DNA of 64,000 bases from Opitutales bacterium (GTDB taxonomy: Bacteria > Verrucomicrobiota > Verrucomicrobiia > Opitutales > UBA2987): positions 672,001 to 736,000 of the forward strand of contig CBDDEL010000016.1 in NCBI GenBank assembly GCA_965226885.1, written 5' to 3'. Shown here piece after piece: positions 12,228 to 23,995 of the stretch. A program made the translations under genes and the position numbers. Every line of letters starts with the position of its first letter. Position 1 is the first letter of the stretch. The notes beneath the pieces are model-generated. The model ran no database searches and had not been told where the DNA came from. It saw nothing but the letters and a program-made list of their open reading frames with translations.

Positions 12228-14199
12228 TAGGATACTTCCCAAGCCCTTACCCCGACGAGCTATTCTACAGCGTCTGCGCACGCTTTGGCGATCGGATGCA
12301 ATTCCCCACCACCGGCGGGGTAATGCATGCGCTGTTCGGACGTCGCCATGCCGTGGCCGTTGTCGATCTGCCTAACCATCTGAAACAAATCGTAACCTCG
12401 CTTCCTCCGGGTAACCCCTACACCGTTGAAGGTATCATTTCAAATCACACCCTCTTCCCGTATTACGCGCCATTCATCAACTCGAACGCGAGGGAGTCCA
12501 TTCGAGGGTTCATGCGAACAAGTGATGATGCCTCCGTACGCGCACGGTGCGGTATCTGCACCAATCGCGTAAAGCCGCCCCGACATTTCCGATCCTGCCC
12601 CCTTTGCGACGCTGAAAACCTGGAAAAATACGATGAAACGTATTGGCACCGGCTCTTTCAGGTAACCGGTGTCGAGATTTGTCCGAGACACGAAATCATT
12701 CTCAATACCTCCGACATCCGCTTTCATCCCCAAGCCACTCGGCACCGATTCTTTTCAGCGGAAACCGCTGGACTGATGACCGCGACGAAGTCGATCGCTC
12801 CCACCGATTCCATCCAACAAGTCTTATTGCAACTGGCCAAAGACATCGAATGGATTTTGTCCCATCCCGATTTAGTTTCCGACCTGGATTCCATTCGTAA
12901 TCGCTACGTCGAACTGTTGCAACAGCGATCACTGGCGACAAAAAGCGGATACATCCGCCTCCGTGAGTTGATTTCCCAATTCCGGGCGCACTTCTCACCG
13001 GAAATATTGGATTTGCTTCAGTCTCCCGTACCCCAGGACAAGTCCAATGTCTGGCTCGCCCGTATGCTGAGACCTTCGAGAAACATGATGGCTCCATTGC
13101 GCCACCTGCTTTTGATGAATTTTCTGCAGGTCTCCCCAGAACATTTCTTTTACCCCGACCGCGCCCGTTCATTGGGAACGGCGAGGCGAGAAAAAAAGGG
13201 TCCATGGCTATGCTTGAATCGCGTCTGTCGGCATTTCAAGCAACCGGCCATCACGAAATATGAGCTCCAATACGATCGCAAACGGCGCATTGACATCGGC
13301 ATTTTCACATGTCCTGAATGCGCATACACTTATGGCCTGCACCATTGGGAGAAACCGGCAGTCAAACCAGATTTTGTCCGCACTCGCGGGAAGAGGTGGG
13401 ATGTACGATTGAAGGAGCTATGGCGCGACAAACGCCTCACACTGCGTCAGATCGCCGCCACCCTCGGCGTTGACCCGAAAACAGTCAAACAGCACGCTCA
13501 TTTTCAAGAATTGTCCTTTCCACGCCCGGGGGTTCGCCCGACCAAGAGAGAGGGAATCTATACGCCTCGGGCGCGAAAGAAATATACGCCTCGGGCGCGA
13601 AAGAAAGGGCGCGAAAGAAAACTTATACGGTAAAATCCCAGCGCGCCGCCTGGTTAAACCTGCGCAAAGCAAATCCGGACAAGGGTACGAAACAGCTTCG
13701 AACCATCGACCGCGGGATCTACTCTTGGTTATACCAGCATGACCGCACCTGGCTGAAAACCCACTTGCCACCGCACGCTCAGACCTTCTCTCCTCGATCA
13801 ATGGTCGACTGGGCCGCGCGCGACGAAAAACTCGTCATCAAGGTTGAAAAAATTGCCCAAATTGCCCGTCAGCTAAGCATCCGCCCCGGAAAACTCCGCC
13901 GTATCACCCGTAATGCAATCGGGCGAGAAATGGGAGACTGCGCTCTCCTCTCAAATGCCCTGCACAAAATGCCGCTCACCAAGGCGATGATTGAAACAGT
14001 CACCGAAACCTCGGAGACATTCGCCATCAGACGGATTCACCGCGCCGCTCAGCAATGTAACGGGACAAACGGCAAACTCGAGCGCTGGGAACTCGTCCGC
14101 GCCGCAGGTCTGCGCAAGGTGATCGAACTCCTGCCAACCGTGCAGGCCGCTCTGGAGGATGCATTGGCGCGTAGGGCCGGTAATCTCAGTTTAAACTAG
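12224..14199 (+). pseudogene. tnsD: TnsD/TniQ target selector, frameshifted
   Basis: FPSPYPDEL, HTLFPYY, CPLC..CPRH zinc finger; removing the 14-bp duplication at 13607-13620 restores YSWLYQHDRTWL..VDW and one ~650-codon frame. Confidence 0.88.
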
Positions 14200-14495
14200 A
14201 GGCTGTCCCAGATTTGTAAGCAATTGGTATTTAGATACTTAAAGTCTATAAAAAACTGTTAACTTGACCGTTTTTAGACGATTTTCAGAAAAAAAGACCT
14301 CTATAACGACTTCATCCGCCTAAGAAGATGCAATGTTTGTTGCCATTATACCAAATTTTGCTTCCTGACGCGATCATGTTTATTACTAAAAGATGCCTTA
14401 TACAGCGCTTTTTGACGGGGTTGATGATTTACGCTCTCTTCCAATGCTGGGTCGAATATCTCATTTCTCAAAAATCACCCTTTGGGGACAGCCTC
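14199..14495. mobile_element. 297-bp MITE sharing the IRs of the IS5/ISNCY-like element
   Basis: Ends GAGGCTGTCCCA...AAAATCACCCTTTGGGGACAGCCTC; AT-rich interior unlike the IS and without a transposase. Confidence 0.75.
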
Positions 14496-16718
14496 TAAAT
14501 TACAGCGGGCACGAAGAAGCCAGCGATCTGGGGGAGATCGGGACCGAGGCAGCAAAACCAAAGGAATGATCGTACACGATACGATGGCCTTTGATACGGA
14601 GGGATTGGCCCTGGGGCTGTTGGATGTGCAAAGCTGGGTGAGAGATCTCCAAGAGCCTCAAAAAGCGCAGAGAAAGAACAAGCCCCTCGAAGAGAAGGAG
14701 AGTTACAAATGGCTGCGCAGTTACGATGCGGTGGTGCAGGCGCAAAAGCAGGATGCGGGGAAGTTGTGGGTGAGCGTAGGGGATCGAGAAGCCGATATCT
14801 ATGAGCTCTTTGCCCATGCCCAAAAACAGGGAGAAGAGGGACCGAAGCTCTTAGCCCGGATATTTCGTAAAAAAAGTATCGTTGATATGCTTAACTGCTG
14901 ATATACAGCAGGATAGATCAATAATTAAAGCAATATCAGCGATGACAAAAGGTAAACAATTAAAGCTACAGTTGACAAGGGTAAAAGGCCGCCGTGTGCG
15001 GGTTGATTTCAAGGGCGGAGAGGTTACTTCGGATGCCGGACTGCTTTTGATCCGGGAAGTGGATCGGCAGTTGGGCTTGACCGAACGAGCGGCCCGACAG
15101 TTAGTGGACAAACGGCAGAAGGGCAAAGTACGCCATGAGGTCTTGGGGATGCTGCGGCAGCGCGTTTACGGGCTGGTGGCGGGCTATGAGGATTTGAACG
15201 ACTTTGATACCCTGCGCCACGATCCATTGTTGCAAACGGTAACGGGGCGCATTGAAACGTTGGCCAGCGCGCCGACTTTGTGTCGTTTTGAAAACGGGCA
15301 GGATCGGCGGGCGGCCTTTGCGGTAAACGAGCTGTTGGTCGAACAGTTCATGGGCTCCTTTGCCGAGGAACCCGAAGAGATCATCCTGGACTTTGACGCC
15401 ACCGACAATCCGGTGCACGGGCTCCAGGAGGGACGTTTTTTCCACGGTTATTATGATCATTACTGTTTTCTGCCGCTATATGTTTTTTGCGGTGATCAGC
15501 TGCTGGTGGCCTACCTGCGGCCGAGCAAGATCGATGCCAGCAAGCATGCCGGGGCCATCCTCAAATTGCTGGTTAAACGGATTCGCCAAAGCTGGCCCCG
15601 TACGCGGATTATTTGGCGCGCCGACAGTGGATTTTGTCGAGACCGGATACTCTCTTGGTGCGACCGCAACGAAGTTAGTTACATCGTGGGGATGGCTCGC
15701 AATGCACGCTTGCAGCAAGACGCCCAGCAGTTGCAAAAGCAGGCCAAAGAATGGTTCGAACTAAGGGGTAAAAAACAACGGTTATTCCAGGACTTCGTCT
15801 ATGCTGCCGATTCGTGGCGATGGCTGCGGTTGGTCATCCATAAAGCCGAACACACCGCACAGGGGTCCAACCCGCGCTTCGTGGTGACGAACCTGCCGGG
15901 CGATCCCCAGGAGCTTTACGACAAGGTATACTGTGGCCGCGGTGAAATGGAGAACCGAATCAAGGAACAGATGCAATTGTTCAGCGAGCGCACCAGCGCC
16001 CATCAATGGTGGGCCAATCAGTGGCGATTGCTCTTGTCGGCGCTGGCCTACACCTTGATGGAAGCCATGCGCCGGTTAGCCTTAAAAGGGACGAAGTGGC
16101 CGCGGGCCCAATGCCACACCCTGCGGCTCAAATTAATCAAGATCGGAGCGGTCATCGTGCGCAACACCCGAACGATTCACTTTCACCTAAGTGAGAGTTA
16201 TCCTTGGGCCAGTCTTTTCAACCATGCGGCCCGCCGATTGGTGCCAACCTAAAGGGTGCATTGGTGCTGCCCCCGGCACTACCGAACCAATGGGGGAAAG
16301 GGGGCAGTGTCTCTACACCCTGAAAAACACCTAAAAATCAAGACGATCTGCTCAAAATACAAAGAAATCCATCTCCAATAGCAATAACGAGCCAAACTTT
16401 ACCCTTCATGAAATATCCGGGTTAGTGCCCGCGACCCATAATCGCATTCTCAAAGAAGAGCAGGAAAAGCTCTGGGAGAGCCTGCAGAAGGAGGAGGTGG
16501 CGGGAACCCTACAGGTGCAAGTACCTCGAAAACCCGGACAGCCAAAGCGACGGGCCAGCCTGCAGATCCGCTATAAACAGGTCCTCCTGCAGGACCCGTG
16601 CAGGGGCGCGGGCAGAGCGTGCCAGTGTGGGCCGTCTATGCCCATGAAAACAATCCCCCCAAAGGGTGCAAGGCGCTTTCGTGGATGCTCCTCACCACGG
16701 TGCCTGTAAACGGTTTAG
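14496..16718 (+). pseudogene. IS4-family (IS50/Tn5-like) transposase internal fragment, interrupted by IS1380
   Basis: GMIVHDTMAF..GLL, EKESYKWL, VGDREADIYELF, then after the IS ..ATHNR and WMLLTT; both ends missing. Confidence 0.82.
14855..16421 (+). mobile_element. IS1380-family IS, subtype A (transposase 14882..16252)
   Basis: IRs CCCGGATATTTC/GAAATATCCGGG; TSD TTAG. Confidence 0.93.
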
Positions 16719-18285
16719 CCCGGAAATTTCATAAAAAAAGTATCGCTGATATGCTTATCTGCTGATATACAGCAGGATAGATTAAACATTAAAGCAATAT
16801 CAGCGATGACAAAAAGTAAACAATTAGAACTACAGTTGACAAGGGTAAAAGGCCGCCGTGTGCGGGTTGATTTTAAGGGCGGTGAGGTTACTTCGGATGC
16901 CGGGCTGCTTTTGATCCGGGAAGTGGATCGGCGGTTGGGCTTGACCGAGCAAGCGGCCCGGCAATTAGTAGACAAACGGCAGAAGGGCAAAGTGCGCCAT
17001 GAGATGCTGGCCATGATCCGGCAGCGCGTTTACGGGCTGGTGGCGGGCTATGAGGATTTGAACGACTTTGACACCCTGCGCCGCGATCCTTTGTTGCAAA
17101 CGGTAACGGGGCGCACTGAAGCGTTGGCCAGCGCGCCGACTTTGTGTCGTTTTGAAAACGGGCAGGATCGGCGGGCAGCCTTTGCCCTGAACGAGTTGCT
17201 GGTCGAACAGTTCATCGGATCCTTTGCCGAGGAACCCGAAGAGATCATCCTAGACTTTGACGCCACCGACAATCCGGTGCACGGGCTCCAGGAGGGACGT
17301 TTTTTCCACGGTTATTATGATCATTACTGTTTTTTGCCGCTGTATGTTTTTTGCGGCGATCAGCTTCTGGTGGCCTACCTGCGGCCCAGCAAGATCGATG
17401 CGAGCAAGCATGCCGGGGCCATCCTCAAATTGCTGGTTAAACGGATTCGCCAAAGCTGGCCCCATACGCGGATTATTTGGCGTGCCGACAGCGGATTCTG
17501 CCGGGATCGGATTCTCTCGTGGTGCGAGCGCAACGAGGTTTATTTTATAGTGGGAACGGCCCGCCATGCACGCTTGCAGCAAGCGGCCCGGCAGTTGCAG
17601 GAGCAAGCCAAACAATGGTTCGAGGGTAGCGGCAAAAAGCAACGGCTGTTTCAGCACTTCGAGTATGGGCCAAAATCGTGGCGGCGCCAACGCCTTATCA
17701 TCCACAAAGCCGAACACACCGCACAGGGGTCCAACCCGCGCTTCGTGGTGACGAACCTGCAGGGCGATCCCCAAGAGCTTTACGACAAAGTATACTGTGG
17801 CCGCGGTGAGATGGAGAACCGGATCAAGGAACAGATGCAATTGTTCAGCGAACACACCAGCGCGCATAAATGGTGGGCCAACCAGTGGCGATTGCTCTTG
17901 TCGGGGCTGGCCTACACCTTGATGGAAGCCTTGCGCCGGTTCGCATTAAAAGGGACGAAGTGGGCGCGGCTCCAATGCCACAGTCTACGGCTAAAATTAA
18001 TCAAGATCGGAGCGGTAATCGTGCGCAACACCCGAACGATTCACTTTCATCTAAGTGAAAGTTATCCATGGGCCAGTCTTTTCAACCATGCGGCCCGCCG
18101 GTTGGTGCCAACCTAAAGGGCGCATTGGCGCTGCCCCCGGCGCTACCGAACCAATGGGGGAAAGGGGGAAGTGTCTCTACACCCTGAAAAACACCTCAAA
18201 ATCAAGACGATCCGCCCAAAATACAAAGAAATCCATCTCCAATAGCAATAACGAGCCAAACTTTACCCTTCATGAAATATCCGGG
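16719..18285 (+). mobile_element. IS1380-family IS, subtype B (transposase 16806..18116)
   Basis: Same IR type; flanks TTAG vs CTAG do not match and join unrelated genes. Confidence 0.93.
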
Positions 18286-18962
18286 CTAGCTCGCTCTTAA
18301 TGCTGGGGAACATGCTGGCCAGACCATAGGGGATGGGCCGCGCAATATCCACCTGGTTGCTGCTGACGATGAGGATGTTGGAATTATCCGGGGTGATTTC
18401 CAATACCAGGGCCGGAAACCGGATTTTCTTCCATTCCAAATAGCTTTTCACCCCCCCCCAGGCCATTCAGGGAGCCGACTTCCAGAGTAAGCGGGTAAAC
18501 GCCCCACTCCACTATGCGTTCCTGTATTTTGGCCAGCTCTTCCAGGCTCGCACCGCAAAAAATCAGCTCTTTCTGGGCTTGCAGGTTCTTTTCTGGATCG
18601 AACTCCATGCCATCGACGGCATTGACCACGGCCACTCCGTTTTTGGTCGGATCGATCCGAAACTGTTTGGTCAGCAATTCGATCAGAAATGCGGGATCTT
18701 TGGCTTTGGCGGGCGATTCCAGGGTAGTCCTGCGTATAAATCGCGACTTCGGGTAAATTGAGCAGTGCCCTGACAGGAAACCGCGCGCCTTCACTTCCGC
18801 CAAACCGTGTATAAATTCCTGAATTTCCTCCAATTCGACATCTACGCGGCACTCTTGCAGGCTTTCGATGTGATACGGGGCATTCAGGTTGGAGGTGACG
18901 GCGGCAAGGATAGAAAAATCGCTAACTTCTATAAAGATCCCCTTAGTCTTTGTCACTAGCAT
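18286..18962 (-). pseudogene. PilM-like protein, frameshifted and truncated by IS1380
   Basis: Frame switch at the C-run near 18451-18459 continues into LVLEI..ARPIPYGLASMFPSIKSEL, then the IS end; PilM resemblance is by eye. Confidence 0.5.
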
Positions 18963-19135
18963 TGGATTAGCAGATTGCTGAAACGATTAATTTAATCTGG
19001 AACGTGGGTACTAAAGTTAGCCTGTTGAATCTCAGCAAGTAGCGGTACAAGCATAAATGCTGCCTCTATTAAAAATTCAATGGTTGGGTTTTACAAGCAA
19101 AAAATACTTCTGACCAAGCATTTAGGTGAAAGGCC

Positions 19136-19312
19136 GCGCGTTTGGGTCTCTTCTACCGCCTCATGCCTCAGAATACCAGTCTGGCCTCAAGACCTGCCTA
19201 ACCCGTTTGCTTCCGCCCTTCGGCAAATGCTTTGCCCTGCGGGCTTTCCAAACCACCCTCCACCCTCCTTGACGGTCCCCAAGGACCGTCTGGGGTATCA
19301 TTAAAAATGCGC
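19136..19312 (+). ncRNA. ssrS: Candidate 6S RNA
   Basis: GCGCGTTT(19136-43) pairs with AAATGCGC(19305-12); ATGCCTCAGA(19163-72) pairs with TCTGGGGTAT(19289-98); central bubble with a 3'-side hairpin; G-U pairs favour the + strand. Confidence 0.55.
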
Positions 19313-19314
19313 CA

Positions 19315-19413
19315 TCAACTCCACGTCCGCTTCTTGTGACGATTCGATTTCATCCGCTTGCGGCGTTTGTGCTTGGCGATTTTGCGAGCTCTTTTTTTTC
19401 TCAGGTTTCCCAT
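19315..19413 (-). CDS. 32-aa basic protein, bS22/AURKAIP1-COX24 (mS38-like) family
   Basis: [32 protein letters not shown]; downstream of rpsT; below the ORF-track size cutoff. Confidence 0.85.
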   Translation of the reverse strand: MGNLRKKRARKIAKHKRRKRMKSNRHKKRTWS

Positions 19414-19518
19414 GTATGCTGATTGAATGGATGGCTGGAAGGTAGATTCCGGTCCGAATGGTTTGGATTGTAAATCTATTTACCCTACGGTTTATTTATT
19501 TATTCAAAACTTCGGGGC

Positions 19519-19773
19519 TTATTTAAGTTGTTGAGCGCAGGCGGATTTTTGGCGGCTCGCCTTGTTGGGGTGGATGATGCTTCTCTTGGCCGCCTTGTCC
19601 AGAGCGGACACATAGACCCGGGCCGCCTCTTTGGCCGCCGCCGGATCGTCTCCGCCGCTGACCGAATTCCATTTTTTTTGCAAGGTTTTCAATCGGGTGC
19701 GGACCTGCCGGTTGTGTACCGTGCGCTTGGCGATGCGCCGGGTATCTTTCTTCGATGATTTTAAATTGGCCAT
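19519..19773 (-). CDS. rpsT: 30S ribosomal protein S20
   Basis: MANLKSSKK..N..RT..K; LDKAAKRSIIHPNKASRQKS. Confidence 0.96.
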   Translation of the reverse strand: MANLKSSKKDTRRIAKRTVHNRQVRTRLKTLQKKWNSVSGGDDPAAAKEAARVYVSALDKAAKRSIIHPNKASRQKSACAQQLK

Positions 19774-20014
19774 AAAATGTTGGTATTGCTACTGTTTTAA
19801 TTAATTGAACTAGGTGGCTCCCTCGCCTGCATAGGCGGGAAAATGGCGGTTGCCTAAAAAATGGAAAAGGGAAAATGGGTCGGCTCCAGCCCCGCTGTCA
19901 ACAAACAAATGCGCTATTCCGTCATCCTTGTGCTAATGGAGCATGCTCGGAGCATGCTCAGGACAATGGAGCGCGGGAACCTAGCTTCATTTTCCATAAA
20001 AAGTAAAAATAGTC

Positions 20015-20454
<440 letters not shown>

Positions 20455-20636
20455 TAAAGTTTTTCCCTGTTGAAAATTGATATTAAATTAAAGAACTGGC
20501 CCCAATCAACTCCCTTTAAAGCAATAGAGCAAGCCCCGAATGGGTATAAAACTTATCCATTTCAAGTACTGCTCTCACATTCTCTTGCCTCGATCCTTTT
20601 TCGCCCACAGTTTCCATCCGGCAGAAACCAATCTAC

Positions 20637-20778
20637 ATGAATAAGCTATGTATCTTTATCGGGTTGGTGGCTGGGTATGCGTTTGGAAGGATTCATGACG
20701 GCGTTGATCCTCAGTTCCGTCGGTTCTATTGCCGGCATCGTCCTGGGCTGGAAAATCAATCGCAAGTATTTTAGTTAA
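20637..20778 (+). pseudogene. Small two-helix membrane protein, frameshifted
   Basis: MNKLCIFIGLVAGYAFG, then in another frame GFMTALILSSVGSIAGIVLGWKINRKYFS*. Confidence 0.45.
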
Positions 20779-21192
20779 GCTAAACAAAGGCTGGCGCGAC
20801 GCTGGCGCGACTTGCTAAAATCATGAAAACGGTTGGCCTGATCGGCGGCATGAGCTGGGAATCCACCGCCGTTTACTACCGGCTCATGAATGAAGGCGTG
20901 CAAAAGCGCCTCGGAGGGCTCCACTCCGCTCAAATTCTCATGATCAGTCTGGATTTCGAAAAAATCGAACCCTTGCAAAGTGAAGGCCGTTGGGCGGAGG
21001 CGGCAAAAATATTGATCGACAGCGCAAAACGCCTCGAAGATGCCGGGGCGGATTTTCTGGCTCTATGCACCAACACAATGCACAAACTGACCGGAGAAGT
21101 CGCCGCAGCCGTCAATATCCCGCTCATTCACATTGCCGATGCCACGGCCGAGGCAATCCAATCGGCCGGCATGGAAACCGTCGGCCTTCTAG

Positions 21193-23569
21193 CCCGGATA
21201 TTTCATGAAAAAAGTATCGCTGATATGCTTATCTGCTGATATACAGCAGGATAGATTAAACATTAAAGCAATATCAGCGATGACAAAAAGTAAACAATTA
21301 GAACTACAGTTGACAAGGGTAAAAGGCCGCCGTGTGCGGGTTGATTTTAGGTAGTGTATTAAGTAGGAATGGTGGCTAATTCTTGATTATATAGATGAAT
21401 GAAAAGTCTCAGACAGGTTTCATGCATACTCTTAAGCTTGGAAAAGGAGAGGGTTTTGCGTGTGAAACGACCCAGTCGTTGGCGCAGGGTATTGTTCCAT
21501 CGTTCCACATGGGCCGTTTCACCGGTTTCTCTTTTCCCACGGATCGGTTATGAGGAAAGACTTCATCATAAGTGCTCCAAAAGTCGCTGTAGGTGGCACA
21601 TCTTTTGTAGGCCCGTGGCAGACGCTCGTAAAGTTCCCGGCAACGATACCAATCCCGAGGCCCAATGGCATAGGAGAGGATTTGACGGGTGCGTCGGCAA
21701 AGAGCGATCCAAACCCATTGGGCATCGCTCTTGCGCCCCACAAAAGACCACAGTTCGTCCAGTTCAATGACATCATGGCGGCGGGCCGCAAGAATCGTGC
21801 TTTTGAGCGGTCGCAGCGATTGTCGTTTTTTTTAACCAACTCAAAACGGTGTTGGGACTCACCCCGAAGGCGCGCTGTAAACCGCGTAGACTGCTGCGTT
21901 CCTGATAGACTCGAAGGATCATTTCTTTTTGCTCTTCGGTGTATTTCACTGTGGGGTTTTGCGGCTTTGTTTACCACAATCATGGCAGCGGTAGCGCTGT
22001 TTATGGTTGGGCGTCTTGCCAAATTTAATGATATTTTCACTTCCACAGTGCCGACAATTAATAATTTTAGTAACCATGCACTAAAAATAAACTGCCTAAC
22101 GCTATTTGTACAGCTAAAAATACAAAATAACATTCTTTTTTTATACACTACCGATTTTAAGGGCGGTGAGGTTACTTCGGATGCCGGGCTGCTTTTGATC
22201 CGGGAAGTGGATCGGCGGTTGGGCTTGACCGAGCAAGCGGCCCGGCAATTAGTAGACAAACGGCAGAAGGGCAAAGTGCGCCATGAGATGCTGGCCATGA
22301 TCCGGCAGCGCGTTTACGGGCTGGTGGCGGGCTATGAGGATTTGAACGACTTTGACACCCTGCGCCGCGATCCTTTGTTGCAAACGGTAACGGGGCGCAC
22401 TGAAGCGTTGGCCAGCGCGCCGACTTTGTGTCGTTTTGAAAACGGGCAGGATCGGCGGGCAGCCTTTGCCCTGAACGAGTTGCTGGTCGAACAGTTCATG
22501 GGATCCTTTGCCGAGGAACCCGAAGAGATCATCCTGGACTTTGACGCCACCGACAATCCGGTGCACGGGCTCCAGGAGGGACGTTTTTTCCACGGTTATT
22601 ATGATCATTACTGTTTTTTGCCGCTGTATGTTTTTTGCGGCGATCAGCTTCTGGTGGCCTACCTGCGGCCCAGCAAGATCGATGCGAGCAAGCATGCCGG
22701 GGCCATCCTCAAATTGCTGGTTAAACGGATTCGCCAAAGCTGGCCCCATACGCGGATTATTTGGCGTGCCGACAGCGGATTCTGCCGGGATCGGATTCTC
22801 TCGTGGTGCGAGCGCAACGAGGTTTATTTTATAGTGGGAACGGCCCGCCATGCACGCTTGCAGCAAGCGGCCCGGCAGTTGCAGGAGCAAGCCAAACAAT
22901 GGTTCGAGGGTAGCGGCAAAAAGCAACGGCTGTTTCAGCACTTCGAGTATGGGGCAAAATCGTGGCGGCGCCAACGCCTTATCATCCACAAAGCCGAACA
23001 CACCGCACAGGGGTCCAACCCGCGCTTCGTGGTGACGAACCTGCAGGGCGATCCCCAAGAGCTTTACGACAAAGTATACTGTGGCCGCGGTGAGATGGAG
23101 AACCGGATCAAGGAACAGATGCAATTGTTCAGCGAACGCACCAGCGCGCATAAATGGTGGGCCAACCAGTGGCGATTGCTCTTGTCGGGGCTGGCCTACA
23201 CCTTGATGGAAGCCTTGCGCCGGTTCGCATTAAAAGGGACGAAGTGGGCGCGTCTCCAATGCCACAGTCTACGGCTAAAATTAATCAAGATCGGAGCGGT
23301 AATCGTGCGCAACACCCGAACGATTCACTTTCACCTAAGTGAAAGTTATCCATGGGCCAGTCTTTTCAACCATGCGGCCCGCCGGTTGGTGCCAACCTAA
23401 AGGGCGCATTGGCGCTGCCCCCGGCGCTACCGAACCAATGGGGGAAAGGGGGAAGTGTCTCTACACCCTGAAAAACACCTCAAAATCAAGACGATCCGCC
23501 CAAAATACAAAGAAATCCATCTCCAATAGCAATAACGAGCCAAACTTTACCCTTCATGAAATATCCGGG
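21193..23569 (+). mobile_element. IS1380-family IS, subtype B, interrupted by IS1
   Basis: TSD CTAG; transposase broken at RVRVDF|KGG. Confidence 0.93.
21350..22152 (-). mobile_element. IS1-family IS, copy 1 (small indels)
   Basis: IRs GGTAGTGTA/TACACTACC; TSD GATTTTA; InsA zinc ribbon and InsB ELDELWSF. Confidence 0.9.
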
Positions 23570-23995
23570 CTAGGCACCCGCTTCACCATGGAGGAAGATT
23601 TTTACAAAGGCCGATTGGCTCGAAACCACGGATTAAAAATCCTCGTTCCGACAAAGGAAAAAAGGGAAATCATTAACCGGGTCATCTATAATGAGCTCTG
23701 TCGCGGAAACATTGAGCAGGAGTCGAAAAAAGTTTTTCAGGAAATCATGCAAAATCTCCTCGATAACGGGGCCGAGGGAATTATCCTTGGCTGCACGGAA
23801 ATAGCGTTACTGGTCCCGCCGGATTCGTCAACCGCCAGATTATTCGACACCACACTCATTCACGCAAATAAGTTGGTAAGCAAAATATTAGAGGAATAGC
23901 CATTATCCGAGTCCGAAATCGAAGATGGTTCAATCTTTGACAAAAGCGGAAGACGACTCCGGAAATTCGGCCTGGGACGCCCCCAAAGACTGACG

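Larger units (their letters stand above)
3296..14199 (+). mobile_element. Tn7-family transposon at attTn7 (defective; left end not found, so the end coordinate is a minimum)
   Basis: Starts TGT 23 bp after the glmS stop; carries tnsA, tnsB, tnsC, tnsD/tniQ; right end is glmS-proximal as in Tn7. Confidence 0.92.
20823..23899 (+). pseudogene. Aspartate/glutamate racemase family protein split by IS1380
   Basis: MKTVGLIGGMSWEST, CTNTMH, ILGCTEI; joining 20823-21192 and 23574-23899 gives 231 aa (VGLL-GTRFTM). Confidence 0.92.

Noticed and set aside
19080..19304. 74-aa ORF
   Set aside because: No recognisable protein features; region is better explained by RNA structure
21550..23400. 616-aa ORF as a novel extended transposase
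   Set aside because: Chimera of antisense IS1 sequence running into the interrupted IS1380 transposase
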